NCBI RefSeq assembly: GCF_006345805.1 | Contig: NC_043002.1 | Location: 81,592,001 to 81,656,000, forward strand | Source of the DNA: Octopus sinensis | Taxonomy: Eukaryota | Length of the DNA stretch: 64,000 nt | Reading direction: 5' to 3' | Part shown: positions 29,085 through 42,532 of the stretch, piece after piece | How the letters are laid out: each line of letters opens with the position of its first letter | Position numbering within the stretch: the stretch's first letter is position 1 | The notes under the pieces: model-generated | The model's database searches: none | The model's input: only the letters and a program-made list of their open reading frames with translations | Told to the model about the DNA's origin: nothing | Made by a program: the position numbers and the translations under genes

Positions 29085-29630
29085 TATATATATTATATAA
29101 TATATATGCAGAGATCATTCCAATATATATATAATATGCACTGATGGATGCATAAATACATACATACATGCAGCGATACATTCAAACATTTATACGAGTG
29201 TGCGTTAGTGTGTATCTATGCATATGTATGCATGTATAGTGTCTATGCATACAGTTCGTCTTAGTGTGTATATGCTTCGTGTGTGATTATGTTGAACATG
29301 ATATTAGACTCAGTTTTCCTACCAACCAACAAATAATTCTTAAACTATGATTAGTTCCGGGTTTTTTTTCTGACTTTTTTTTGTTGGTTTTTTTTTTTAA
29401 CAAATCTCGTATTTTATTTCAATCACATTTCCTCTGGGCTTTTCCTACAACTACAACATAAACAACAACAGTAACTACTACTACTACTACTGTTATAATT
29501 TATCATAATAATAACGGGAAGAGAAAGAAGAGGAGGAAGAAGAAGAAGAAGAAGGAGGAGGAGGAGGAGGAGGAAGAAGAAGAAGAAGAAGAAGAAGAAG
29601 AAGAAGAAGAAGAAGAAGAAGAAGAAGAAG

Positions 29631-29662
<32 letters not shown>

Positions 29663-29663
29663 G

Positions 29664-32195
29664 AATTCTTTCTTTACTTGCCTCAAGGGCTGCGTAAACA
29701 TTTAGGACAATGAAAATACAAAGGACAGTGAGAATCTACAAAAACACATTAAACAATAAAGAAACGGTAACAATTAAAAAAGAAGATTATTTCAAAATTC
29801 CCCCCATGAATGGGATACGTCACATTTTGTGGCTAAGGTACCCCGCACATCTCGTGTCATTCTATTCAGTAGGAGTACCACGGCACGTGCAGCTCCGTAC
29901 TTTTTTCAGCCTAGAGACACCAGCCAAGAAAGTCCACTCACACAAGCCATTCTTGTAACATTCATTCACCGTTTTTAACAAATTATATGTGTGGCATTAC
30001 GGGCTTCTTTCAGTTTCCGTCTACCAAATCCACTCACAAGGCTTTGGTCGGCCCGTGGCTATAGTAGAAGACACTTGCCCAAGGTGCCTGCTACGCAGTG
30101 GGATTGAACCCGGAACCAGGTTGTTCGACATAACTTCATAAATCAGCAATACTCGAGCACTGTAGGATCGCATGCAGGATAGTTTCGTCGCTCTGCGCGA
30201 ACTCGGGCAGGCGAGGTAATACCCTATCATATGTGTAGAATCTATCCAGATCCAACAATACTCTTAATAGCATTACCAGGCCAGGGGTCTCTGGAAATTA
30301 TTCATGAGATTCGACCCAAAGTCTTCCGGAAAAGACTAGCCAGCTGATTTTCACCGACGTCAATACATTCCTCGAGAACTTCGTCAGGCTTACCTATCAC
30401 TAATCCTCTACAGAAACCCATCGTAGAACATCCGCCGACCGCATTGCTCAACTAGCAGGAGATGTCAGCGTCTGGCAGCATTCAAAGTACCAAACACCAT
30501 ATTTCGGTCTTCGCGTGATCCAGGATTGCGACTCTGCCAAGGAAGCGTGCTGCGGAAAAGCGTGCCTAACCACCGGCAATCACACCAGCTTACCGTCAAG
30601 GAAATGCTGGCGATTTCGTTACCTTGGCACATGTCTGTATCATTAGCCACGGTATGTTCAGTCCTCTACGTAGCTGATGCTGACAGCATGTTGACCAGTA
30701 GAGCTCGTTCCCTCCATACAAAGCAGAAGAAAAAGTGCCCCAATCTGGTCTGTCATGAAACGAAGAAAGCACGACGGTCATGTAGTAATAGATGATGGGT
30801 GCTATCTTCGCCCGACCCTGCAGGGATAGTTTTCTCTCCACTCATTCCTGAGAGAGAGTATCCCCCTGCTCATCACCTCCTCTGAGTTCTTATCCACCTG
30901 GAGGTTTGGACCAAACCAAACGCCAAGCAATTTAACCGGTCCGTCTATCCAGCACTCTACGACACTGTTGTATGGTTTGGGCTTTGTGTCTCCAGGTTCT
31001 GAGCAGCAAGTCTAATGACTTTTCCTCGTTGAGTTTTTACCCCCGTCACCGCATCATATTCCCTTGGGGTAATGCCGATTTCTTCAATGCTTGATGTCCG
31101 GCACTACTATGGTGATATTGTCCGCATTTACAAACTCGGGTCTTCTGCATCTAGTTTTTATGGGCTACCCCTCGAAACATCCAACTTCCGAAGACGTGGC
31201 TTTAGGGTCAGTACGTACAGAAGGGAAAGGGTGGAGCACCCTTGACGGACAGATCGCATGATACTGCGAGTGGATATTTATCTGACCACTGAGTAGAAAC
31301 CTCTGTACATTGTAGCAGTCTAACCTCTGAAGACAGTCCCAAAACCAGCTAGCTTCAGGTCAGCTGCCAAGTAATGCTGGTCGACTCTATCGAAAGCATT
31401 TGACTGATCTAAATGGATCAAGGACCCACCCATGCCAGGTTCTTTCACAACCCTCTCTAGGATGTTTCGCATGCACATTCTGTCTCATTTACCGGAGTAT
31501 CGACAACTAACACCAACCTCATAGCTAACACTTTGGCAAAAATCGTCATTTAGTAAGGTTACAGGCTTGTAGTTGTTAAAATCAACCCCACCTTATTCAG
31601 ATCCTTTCACATTAGGATCTACATACCTCTTTTCGCGGGACGGGGAATTCCCCCGTTCTCCTACTAATTGCAGGAGACGTCTGCTAGGAGGCTCCCAAAC
31701 AAGTCTGCCATATGAAAATAAAGCTCATAGGGCAGATCATCCAGCCGTGGTGATTTTTTATTCGTGTAGCCAGCCATCGCTTCTAGTATTTTGTCAGCTA
31801 TTGTTACCCTTTCACAAAACATTGCGTCTCCAGTAAGCCGTGACACTCCGTCAAGACTGGCGGTAAAGTTCACCCTATCCCTCAGCCTCCACTTCCGGTA
31901 CACCGTCTATCCCAGACAGTTGAGCGAAGTACTACTGAAAACTAGCACACATCTGCTTGGAATCGAGTTGCACGCTTCCCTTCCGAGCCGTCAAAGACCT
32001 AATTGTGGCTTCTTTATCACGTTGTACCTCAACCATGCGGGCCCATCGAATGTCTTTCGTTCCCTCACGCATTAAAATTTGCACCCTTGTCCTGACACCA
32101 CAACCTCCGTGCTTAGCACTGAAGAATCGGTCAAGTACCAATCTCACCGCTAGCATGTCAGTAGCAATATCTTTTCTAGCTTACCAATTCAAGAA
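29664..32195 (-). mobile_element. Decayed, internally deleted Tx1-type LINE (sister family); 3' end joined to (CAA)n/(GAA)n
   Basis: Peptides RLDDLPYELYFHMADLFG and AVRLVLDRFFSAKHGGC..EATIRSL, an LDQSNAFDR-like RT motif near 31370-31400, C-terminal KRxMNVTRMA, and 3' end GCAGCCCTTGAGGCAAGTAAAGAAA all align by eye to the 57.7-63.6 kb element. A SINE head interrupts it at 29999-30122. Confidence 0.85.
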
Positions 32196-34287
32196 TTCAC
32201 AGATATATTCTATCTGTATTTACCAAAATTTTTCAAAACTACTTTATGCAATGTTTTTCTATATTTTTAAGACGCCACAGTGTGATTTGGGGGAGATTTA
32301 GCTGTCATTTCTAGCAGGTCGACTACGTAACCAATAAAGGACCTTCTACACAATCGTAACAACGGCAAGACTGGTAAGAAATAATAGCTAAATTTCCCCT
32401 CAAATGGGGAAATTTAGCTATTGGATGATGTAATTCTAGATACACTACGGGTGAGAGAAAGACGAGAGTGTCACAGCTGGAGCGCCTTTGATTGTAGGGC
32501 TGGTCAGTCATATTTGATATCGGGTGAGCAATAAAAACAACAATTACAACAGATACAACAGCAATAACGAAAACAACGACTATAACAACAACAGCAAATA
32601 ACAACCATAGCAATAATAACCACCACGTCAAGAACAAGAACAAAAACAACGACGACGGTAACAAAAATAATCTGGTGCTCCGTCGGTTGCGACGACGAGT
32701 GATCCAGTTGGTCCGATCAATGGAGAAGACTACTCGTGAAATTAACGTTGCAAGTGGCTGAGTACTCCACAGGCACTGGTACCCTTAACGTTGTTCTCAG
32801 GGAGATTCAGCGTGACACAGAATATGACAAGGCCGACCCTTTGAATTACAGGTGTAACTCACTCTTGCCAGCGACACCATCGCCAAGAATCGAACTCACG
32901 ACCTTACGATCGTGAGCCGATTACCCTAACCACTAAGCCACGCGCCTTCGCAACGACATTGACAACCACTAACCATCACCACCACCACCACCACCACTAC
33001 CACCACCGCCACCACCTTCTATTGGCTGGAGTTTAAGATACGTAAACCTAGAAATATTGACCGCGTCCATATTTGATTTTGCATTAAAACCATCTCACTT
33101 CCTGTTTGTTTTGTCGCAGGAATCATATTGTAACGCAGAATGAACTAAACAATTTCCCACCTACTTCTCACACCCACCCACCCACCCATCACACCAATAC
33201 ATAAATCAATACATAAATAAATAAAAAGAGATTTATAAAAAAAAAAACAAAAAAAATCTGGAATTTTTTTTTTTCCTATGTAAGAAACAATTATTTTTAT
33301 TCAACGTGAGAATTAGTTTGTCCACGTTTGCGTGCTTCTCTTCTGTTTTTGTGTTTATTGCGTGTCTCATTATTTTCCTATGTACTACAGCTTCTCTCCT
33401 AGAAATGAGCATGTGTGTTATAATATTTGTTGAGTGTTTGTTCGTATTACTTCTTTTATTTTTTTTTCTCGCTCTCTTTTTGCGTATATTTGTGTGTGTA
33501 TGTATATAATACGTCTACGAATATTTGACGTATTTGTACGCATCTCGCTATTTCCTTTCATGTCAGCTTTTTTTTTTCTTTATGATAGAATAATTTCACC
33601 GAGTGATTGCACGTAATATTTAGAATACCCGTTGTTCTCTTATCGCTTTTTTCTCTTTCGTTTGATGCCAATTATCAATGGATACCGTATTTTCTTCACA
33701 GTCGCTGCCAGTTTAAATGAGTATCAGGTGTATTTTCGCTATTATATTTCGATTCGTAATTCGTATGTATTGAATATTCAAACTTCCCTTTTACACCTTG
33801 TTTCAACATTATGTCGAAACTTGTATTTACCATTATCCATACCTCCTGCTGCGTTTTAAGTATTTGGAAACCCATGCACTTCACTCATAAAAGTGCCCAA
33901 TAAAAAAAGATACACAATACATTTGTTGAATTAGCAAGTCGAGAAAGATTGAGACTAATGCGCTAGTTTTTCTTTTTGCTTAAAGATTTCTGTATAATAA
34001 TCAACGTTTTGATAATAATGATTTCTTTTCTTGTCTTTCTGTTATACTAAAAAAAGGGACACTAAGTCAAATTTCCCCCCCCCCCACCTACTCATTTCTC
34101 AGCATATTTTTAACGTTGATGAAATATGGAGTGCTAATGTACTGAAATTGATTTGACCGACCATAGCATCACCACGACCACCACCATCATTTCTAGGATG
34201 TGTGTACTTTTGTGATTCGTCTATCGTCTTTGTGCAAAATAAGAGATAATAGGCTTAATAATAATAATGATAATGATAATAATAATA

Positions 34288-34345
<58 letters not shown>

Positions 34346-34378
34346 TAATAATAATAATAATAAAATTAATAATAATAA

Positions 34379-34409
<31 letters not shown>

Positions 34410-34416
34410 CGTAGTC

Positions 34417-34451
<35 letters not shown>

Positions 34452-34467
34452 CGTAGTAGTAGTAGTA

Positions 34468-34540
<73 letters not shown>

Positions 34541-34541
<1 letters not shown>

Positions 34542-34727
34542 TACTTGTTTCAGTCATTTGACTGAGGCCATGCTGGAGCACCGCCTTTAGTCAAATAAAA
34601 TCGATCCCGGGACTTATTCTTTGTAAACCTAATACTTCATCTATCGATCTCTTTTGCCGAACCGCTAAGTTACGGGGACGTAAACACACCAGCATAAATA
34701 ATATTAATAATAATAGTAATGATGATG

Positions 34728-34792
<65 letters not shown>

Positions 34793-34981
34793 TACTTGTT
34801 TCAGTCATTTGACTGCAGCCATGCTGGAGCACCGCCTTTAGTCAAATAAAATCGATCCCGGGACTTATTCTTTGTAAGCCTAATACTTCACCTATCGGTC
34901 TCTTTTGCCGAACTGCTAAGTTACGGGGACGTAAACACACCAGCATAATAATATTAATAATAATAATAAATAATAATAATA

Positions 34982-35026
<45 letters not shown>

Positions 35027-35039
35027 TAATAATAATAAT
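34541..35039 (-). repeat. Tandem duplication of a family A SINE tail plus (AAT)n (~250-bp unit x2)
   Basis: 34541-34695 and 34791-34945 are nearly identical, with the same truncation point acaccagcat followed by aataatatta. Confidence 0.85.
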
Positions 35040-35457
35040 TGTCAGTTGTTTGACTTTAACCAGTTGAGCATGTCCCTTAGTGGCTGACGATATGTGCATC
35101 TCTGATCACGAGCAGAAGTAGTGGGGGAGCATCATAGCCATGTGTTGAGAGGGATTCTTTGGGGTTTGAATAATTCACCTCTGGAAATATGGGTGGTTCT
35201 TTCAACATCCTTAAACAACCCTTATTCGGGGACCTTTTGAGCGGGATGGGCTACTCAACCTGAAGAAAATTCTAACTGGGCCCCACCTGCAAGGTCATGT
35301 GCTGTTTATCTTGATATGAGATCACCATGTCGCGCACATATGGTTGTGATGCATGTGCCTGGTGTACCTTTATCAGACGGGTAGTCATGATGGGTATATT
35401 GGGCTTCATATATCTTACCCCAGTGTCACTTTGATGGCATGCACTGCTCTCTCACTC
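35039..35457 (+). mobile_element. Left-truncated copy of a ~555-bp non-coding interspersed repeat embedded in (AAT)n
   Basis: Highly similar to 36050-36467, with the same end gcactgctctctcactc followed by (AAT)n. Confidence 0.8.
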
Positions 35458-35470
35458 AATAATAATAATA

Positions 35471-35852
35471 CACGTGCAGACACTGATGCATGAAGAGAGC
35501 AAATGGAGGAAAGGGGCTGACAACTGTGGAATACTGCGTACATATCGAACTCGAGAGTTTAATGAGATACCTAGCGCAAAGTAGGGAAAATTTGCAAGAG
35601 ACATTAGGAACGAGAGAGTATTGGGAGCAGAGAAAAAAGGGAAAACAAAAGAAGTACAAAAAGGGACGTGAAGAAGAATTACGCAAGAAGGGACTACACA
35701 ATCAATTCCACGTAGCCACAACAGAAGTTGCTGGAAAAATAGGTGGGATTGGCTGATGAAAGAAACGCTAAAATAAGAGACTGAGAGCACTACACTGGCA
35801 GCGCAGGACCAAGCTCTGGCCACGAACTGGAGCGTCAACCTCAGGTATGAGC
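35471..35852 (+). mobile_element. R4/Dong-type ORF fragment (post-RT region) bounded by (AAT)n
   Basis: MKRANGGKGL..KGLHNQF..WLMKETLKxETESTTLAAQDQALATN is typical of R4-clade ORFs. Confidence 0.78.
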
Positions 35853-35900
<48 letters not shown>

Positions 35901-35913
35901 TAATAATAATAAA

Positions 35914-36467
35914 TGCCCTGATGTAGTACCAGGCAGTGGCTCTCGTGGCTTCTGATCTTAACTGATTGGAAGTGTTATCATGTATATTGTTTTGTCTTGG
36001 TATAAAAGATGGGCTATAGCAAATATTCTGCTCAATACTACAGATCTGCTTGTCAGTTGTTTGACCGTAACCAGTTGAGCATGTTCCTTAGTGGCTGACG
36101 ATATGTGTATCTCTGATCACGAGCAGAAGTAGTGGGGAAGCATCTTAGCCCTGTGTTGAGAGGGATTCTTTGGGATTCGAATAATTCACCTCTGGAAACA
36201 TGGGTGTTTCGTTCAATATCCTTAAACAGCCCTTATTCAGGGACCTTTTGAGCAGGATGAGTTACTCGACCTGAAGAAAATTCTAACTGGGCCCCACCTG
36301 CAAGGTCATGTGCTGTTTATCTTGGTATGAGATCACCATGTCACGCACATGTGGATGTGATGCATGTGCCTGGTGTATCCTTATCAGACGAGTAGTCATG
36401 ATGGGTATACTGGGCTCGTATATTTTACCCCAGTGTCACTTTGATGGCATGCACTGCTCTCTCATTC
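35914..36467 (+). mobile_element. ~555-bp non-coding interspersed repeat embedded in (AAT)n
   Basis: Starts tgccctgatgtagtacc directly after (AAT)n and ends ctctcattc(AAT)n; a second copy lies at 35039-35457. Confidence 0.8.
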
Positions 36468-36553
<86 letters not shown>

Positions 36554-36580
36554 TGATGATGATGGTGATGATGATGATGA

Positions 36581-36995
36581 TTTCATTTATTTGCCAGGAG
36601 GGCGAAAGATGAGGGGAACAATACAGAGACAGATATAAAGTGTGGGGGTTTACATATAATAATAAAATGATAAACAAAAAAATAAAATAATTTTTTAAAA
36701 GTATACACGGTATACACTGGAAAGAGACATATGCATAGCATACAGAGGTAAAAAAAAAAAAGCGGGGTGGATGATAGAGACGTAACCCTCCTGATACAGG
36801 AGGAATAATCGAGGAACCCCACCGTCCGAGATTTCCCTGAAAACCTATGAGCAAGTGTTCTCTCCAGTTCTTTCTCTCTGACTCACAGGTCTACACTTAG
36901 GGAGGTACCATCCACTCTTACCATTTTCGCAACTTTCACCCACCTTTTGATAAATTCCCTCTCCATTCTCAATTTCCTTTTCAAGTGAAACTTGA
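36581..36995 (-). mobile_element. 3'-end fragment of a third Tx1-type family; tail joined to (ATC)n then (ATT)n
   Basis: KFHLKRKLRMEREFIKRWVKVAKMVRVDGTSLSVDL* (36883-36995) is homologous to the ORF2 C-terminus of the full-length copy. The 3' UTR differs and ends GCCCTCCTGGCAAATAAATGAA(ATC)n. Confidence 0.75.
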
Positions 36996-37005
36996 ATTAT
37001 AATAA

Positions 37006-37290
37006 CTGATCGACCCATCATGTCCGTTTGATTCCAAGATCGAAAAGAAAGAGGACAAAAAACAAAAAAAAATGGAATTCCTTAAAATTTGAAATAGGAA
37101 GAATTTGGAGCATGAGGTTAATAAAGGTCGTGCCTATAGAAATTGATGCGTTTGGGAACAATAAGCCAATATATAGACAAATGGCTGAAGGAAATTGGAA
37201 TAGGAGAGCTTCTACAGAAAGTTTGTCTCTTAGGGACAGCACGGATTATCAGGAGGGTTCTAAACACTAAAAAGAAATCCCAGTCAAGTA
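37006..37290 (+). mobile_element. R4/Dong-type RLE C-terminus
   Basis: LIDPSCPFDSKIEKKEDKK / LKFEIGRIWSMRLIKVVPIEIDAFG / DKWLKEIGIGELLQKVCLLGTARIIRRVL across frameshifts. Confidence 0.8.
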
Positions 37291-37559
37291 CTGCGGTCGG
37301 CCACATCGATTAAACATCTTTCCTCAAACTGCTGTCCTTATGTTGAAATTGAAAACAATATTATTGTTGTTGTTTTTCGCTAAGATTAGTCATGTGTGAA
37401 AAGGTCACTATTTGGAAAATATTTTCTCTGGATTATAGTGTGAAAAAAAGTCATTTTTCTCCTTTTGTTTTTCTTTTTTAACAAAAGTCTTAGGAGCTAT
37501 TAAATGTCTAACTACTCAGCGGTAGAAAACAAGATTCCGCCTTGCATATTCTGTTCTAC

Positions 37560-37978
37560 GCTAGGCACAAGGCCCGAAATTTTGGGGGAGGGGGCCAGTG
37601 GATTAGATCGATCCAGTACGCAACTGGTACTTAATTTATCGACCCCAAAAGGATGAAAGGCAAAGTCGACCTCGGCGGAATTTGAACTCAGAACGTAAAG
37701 ACAGACGAAATACCGCTAAGCATTTCGCCCCGTGTGCTAACGTTTCTTATTTCTTTACTGCCCACAAGGGGCTACACACAGAGGGGACAAGCAAGGACAG
37801 ACAAACGGATTAAGTCGATTACATCGACCCCAGTGCGTAACTGGTACTTATTTAAACAACTCTGAAAGGATGAAAGGCAAAGTCGACCTCGGCAGAATTT
37901 GAACTCAGAACGTAACGGCAGACGAAATACGACTACGCATTTCGCCCGGCGTGCTAACGTTTATGCCAGCTCGCCGCC
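37560..37978 (-). mobile_element. Family E dimer: unit with Tx1-like tail followed by a head-truncated E unit
   Basis: Tail at 37746-37800 reads (sense) ..ctctgtgtgtagccccttgtgggcagtaaagaaata, then gaaacgttagcac of the next unit. Confidence 0.8.
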
Positions 37979-40630
37979 TTTTCTGCCTTATATATTGACA
38001 TTGTTTAAACATTGTTTGCAGACGTCCGTTTTAATTTGTTTAGTGGGGAGAGCGCCTCTGATGTAACGAGAGTGGTAGCAATGAATAACATGAAAACATT
38101 TGAAAACAAATCCAAAGATGTTTTGGTGTTTGTAATAACTTTATCGGCGAAATATAGACTTCATTATGGATGTCGAAATAATGATGGAAGAATCACAGAA
38201 AAAATCTAAAATACAATAAGCTGTTTCACGAGGAAAAATATATTCGCATGATGACTCTCCCTAGACACAACAAAATTTGAAAGCATGAAAACAGTTGAGA
38301 TGAAAGATAAACAAACAATGACAATGCAACACAAATATACTCTTCGACACAAACACATTTTGAGAAAAGAAAATGCAAACTTAGTGGCATTAACAAAAGT
38401 ACCAACAACATACTTTGCTAGACTTTCAAATAAACAAACAAAACAAAAAACACAACGGTTAACTCCAGAGACAGAAAAGCGTAGAAGTGATACGTCACAA
38501 AAAGGAATGCGTCCTTTCCAGAGAGATTTATCCAGGAAAGGGCGAGTCAAAAGTTTTTCACAAAAAAAAATGCCTTCCATGTTCCCTTGAAAGAAAGTTA
38601 AATGCAACTGGCTAGTTTGTAGTTGGATAGATGATAGATCGACCTGGTCAGAGCATTTGGAAGCGTGTGTCGGGTTTTTTAAAACGGGTGGCAAGACGGG
38701 AACGCAGATGGAACTGGTGCGTTATATAGCTGCCCAGTGTTAGAGGAAAAGAAAATTGAGTATCATAGCCAGAAATAATGACAACGTAGTTCGTTTGACT
38801 CTTGGATTCTCTTTACTTTTGCAGCACAAAATGAGGAGGTAGTACTCGCAATATATAACAGCAATATATGGGAGCTGGAATAAACACTGCAAGGCATTCT
38901 TTCTGGCCTTCTAATGATTCTGACATTCGCCTTTTTTGCAAGAGGAACACATACAGAAAGAGTTTCCATTTCTCAGCAAAGTGCAAACGCCTACCGATGG
39001 AATTGTGATTATTGCTGTGACCCCTTCGGTCATGAATGACCATAGGATTGCTCCTACAAAGTTACCCTCCGAGGCACATGTCTGGGCAAGGTTGTTTATA
39101 GAAGACCACCAGTCGCCCATGCATACCAGCCTCCCCTCTCCACGCCACCGATGTTATCCAAGGGAAAGGCAAAGGCGGATACAGCTTGGCACCAGTGACG
39201 TCGCAGCTGATTTATTAACGTGCAAGTGGCTGAGCATTTCACAGACACGTGTACCCTTAACGTAGTTCTCGGGGAGATTCAGCGTGACAGAGAGTGACAA
39301 GGCTGGCCCTTTGAAATGCAGGTACAACAGAAACAGGAAGAAAGAGTGAGAGAAAGAGTACAGCAGGGTTCACCACCAACCCCTGCCGGAACGTCGTGGA
39401 GCTTTAGGCGTTTTTGCTCAACAAGCACTCACAATTCCCGGAGTCTGAGAATCGAAACCGCGATCCTACGACCGCGAGTCCGCTGCCCTAAACACTGGTC
39501 CATTGCGCCTCCACACCGATGGAACAGATAAACACTATATACCGGTGCAGGGTTGTATGCAAATATATTTTCTTAAATATTTCGGTGAGGATTTGATAAT
39601 TTTTTCTGCATTCAGCAGAGAAATGTCTTCACAGTATTTTCTCACTGGTGAGATTGGTGCGGTTAATGTAAGAGACATCGATGTTCACATCGAGAGCTTA
39701 TGTGTGGGGATGGAACAGGGGTGGGGGCCGTCATGTTCTGAAGGTTGACAACAGAGTAAAGCCCATTAAAGACACATCAAGACCAAGTTGTGGTATTTCA
39801 CAAGGCGCCGCGTTAGACCTACCACTTAAACACCTTGGGTGGTATGTTTGAACCGACCTAACAATTCTGTCGATTTTCCACCTTGATTCGAATACTTAAC
39901 ATTTTGTTAGATTTATTCATCAACGAGTGATCAGCTCTCTTGACTGGCAAGGATGGCAAGGATGCATGTTGTGACATTTATACATCTTCCAGGGATATTA
40001 CCGGGACATATGAATCAGTAACCACCGCCACCACGGCGTTCGCCATATTGAAACAATATGAGCATCTATCAATCTTTTCTTCCTTTATTGTTTTTTGTTG
40101 TTGTTTTTTTTTTTTTTTAGCACAACTTCCCTTCGCCCTTTATCTCGCTTTCCTTTCCATCTATTCCTTTTTGCCTGTGACTGAGACCAGAACATATCAT
40201 ATCAAAACATTCACTGAAAGGTTCTAAAACAGACTTGATAAGAATGCAATTAGTTAATAATTTTAACTCGCAATTATTTAATGATTTTAAGGTATTGCTA
40301 AGGCGGTAAGCTGGCAGAATCGTTGGCGAGTCAGACAAAATGCATAGCGGTACTTCTTCGAATTCTTTATGCTCTGAGCTCAGATTCCACCGAGGTCAAC
40401 TTTACCTTTCATCCTTTCGGGGTTGATAAAATATAAGTACGAGTGAAGCACGGGGTTCGATGTTCAGTAATCACTCACCATATCGTGGTTCACCTATCGC
40501 GGTTTATCATTTAACCTTACATCGATTCCTCCGTGGTGTTGTTTTGCATTTATGATAAATTAAATATATATAGTATAAGAAATATTGAATTTCTAAATCT
40601 CTCGTAGAGACATGTACGGTGATGGGGCGA

Positions 40631-40902
40631 TAGAATGGTTGTATACTGTCAATCTAACAAGAACGTGACAGTAGGGGGTACACCACCGCTGTATAGCCCT
40701 AGGAAGCATCGAACGCCTCCTGATAGCTTTGACACATTTTTTCCCTGTGTCCTTATATACATATACGAAGGGGAGATAAACACCCCCCGGCTGCCGGAAC
40801 TGCATCTAGGGACACCGTGTTTCAGGATCGTTGTCCTTCATCGGCCTAGAGAGACCCCCTACTGTCACGTTCTTGTTAGATTGACAGTATACAACCATTC
40901 TA
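40631..40902. mobile_element. MITE-like element, 272 bp, with perfect 49-bp TIRs
   Basis: 40631-40679 (tagaatggttgtatactgtcaatctaacaagaacgtgacagtagggggt) is the exact reverse complement of 40854-40902. Confidence 0.85.
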
Positions 40903-40929
40903 AATATATATGAATTATAAAAATAATTT

Positions 40930-41104
40930 TAGGCTGTGTGGTAAGTATCTTGCTTATTAACCACATGATTCAGGGTTCAGTCCCACTGCGTGGCACTTCG
41001 GGCCGACCAAAGCCTTGTGAGTTGATTTGGTAGACGGAAACTGAAAGAAGCCCGTCGTATATATGTATATATGTGTGTGTGTGCGTGTGTGTATGTGTGT
41101 GTAT

Positions 41105-41145
<41 letters not shown>

Positions 41146-41320
41146 GACAACGGATGCTGGTGTGTTTTTCTTCCCCGTCTCTTAGCGGTTTGGCAAAAGA
41201 GACCGATACAAGAAGTACTTGGCTTACAAGGAATAAGTCCTGGCGTCGATTTGCTCGACTAAAGGCGGTGCCCCAGCATGGCCACAGAAAATGACTAAAA
41301 CAAGTAAAAGAGTAAAAGAG
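40930..41320 (+). mobile_element. SINE family A
   Basis: Matches 7742-8195 with a small head deletion. Confidence 0.88.
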
Positions 41321-42089
41321 TACAGTTCTGTTTCTACTTCGCGGATTTTCACATATCGCGGGGAATGGGGTAGGTTGGAAAATAACAACTGCGATATTCG
41401 AGGGATTACTGTAATCCATTTTACACCTAATCTCAAAATTGCTGGCCCTGAGTCAAAATTTGAAACAATTTTAAGATATGCTTATGAGCGGAACACTACT
41501 TGTATTTTTCTTGACTAAAAAAATTGTCCACCCTACTTATTCGAAATGGTTTGTACTGCGATAAAAACGGATAGCGGGGCGGAAGAATTCGAAGCAGTTA
41601 ACTACCTAACACCATTGATATTGGTTTCAAACTTTGGCACAAAGCCAGCAATTTTCGAGGGGAGGGGATAAATCGATTAAATTGAGCCCAGCGCTCAACT
41701 GGTACTTATTTTATCGAGCCCTAAAGGATGAATGGCAAAGTTGACCACGGCTGAATTTGAACTCAGAACGTGCAGACGGACGAAATACCGCTAAGCATTT
41801 GGTCCGGCCTGCTAGGGATTCTGCCAGTTTGCCGCCTTATTTTAACGCCAGTAATATTAATAATTTTAGCGACATTTCAACCGTATTTCTGTTCAAATAA
41901 GTACCTACCAGTCGAGCCCTGAGGGTCGATGTAATCAACTTACCCAACTCCAGATATTGCTGGCCTTGTGCCAAAATTTGAAACCAATATTCCGCGCAGG
42001 GAATATTATAAAGCTTGCTGGAAGTAATTATGTGCTGATAAGAAAACAATATTAGCGAAAGGCAAATATCATTTTGATTATTGTGACAA

Positions 42090-42260
42090 GCATGGGCAAC
42101 AACTCCTGACATGTTTCGGTGTTTGTTATAATTTCATCAGCGAAATACAGACTTCATCGTAGATGTCGAAATAATGATGAAAGAATCGCAAAATAAATCT
42201 AAAAGATTGTAAGTTGTTTCGCATGGAAAAATAGAAATGTATGAAAAAGTAACTAAAATG
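42090..42260 (-). repeat. Dispersed repeat with a hammerhead-like core; second copy at 38090-38260, more distant relative at 50470-50530
   Basis: gtttcggtgtttgttataatttcatcagcgaaatacagacttcatcgtagatgtcgaaataatgatgaaagaatc aligns to 38121-38187. Confidence 0.6.
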
Positions 42261-42459
42261 GTGGATGGCATGTCCGAGATATTTATATTGACAAATATGT
42301 TAATTAAAAAATGAGTTAACATAAACATAACTATTAATTTACAACTTTATCATAAATAGTTTACTTCGTGAATGCATGAATTTCCCAAGTCAACATTTCT
42401 CTTTTTCTTGACCTACCATTGTTTTCTGCTTTCTAGCTCTTCTCCCTTTCTCCGTCCCT

Positions 42460-42462
42460 CAA

Positions 42463-42532
<70 letters not shown>

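Noticed and set aside
39840-39900. Minus-strand GGKSTELLGR resembling a thymidine kinase P-loop
   Set aside because: Short match surrounded by stops, with no other TK motifs; probably chance.
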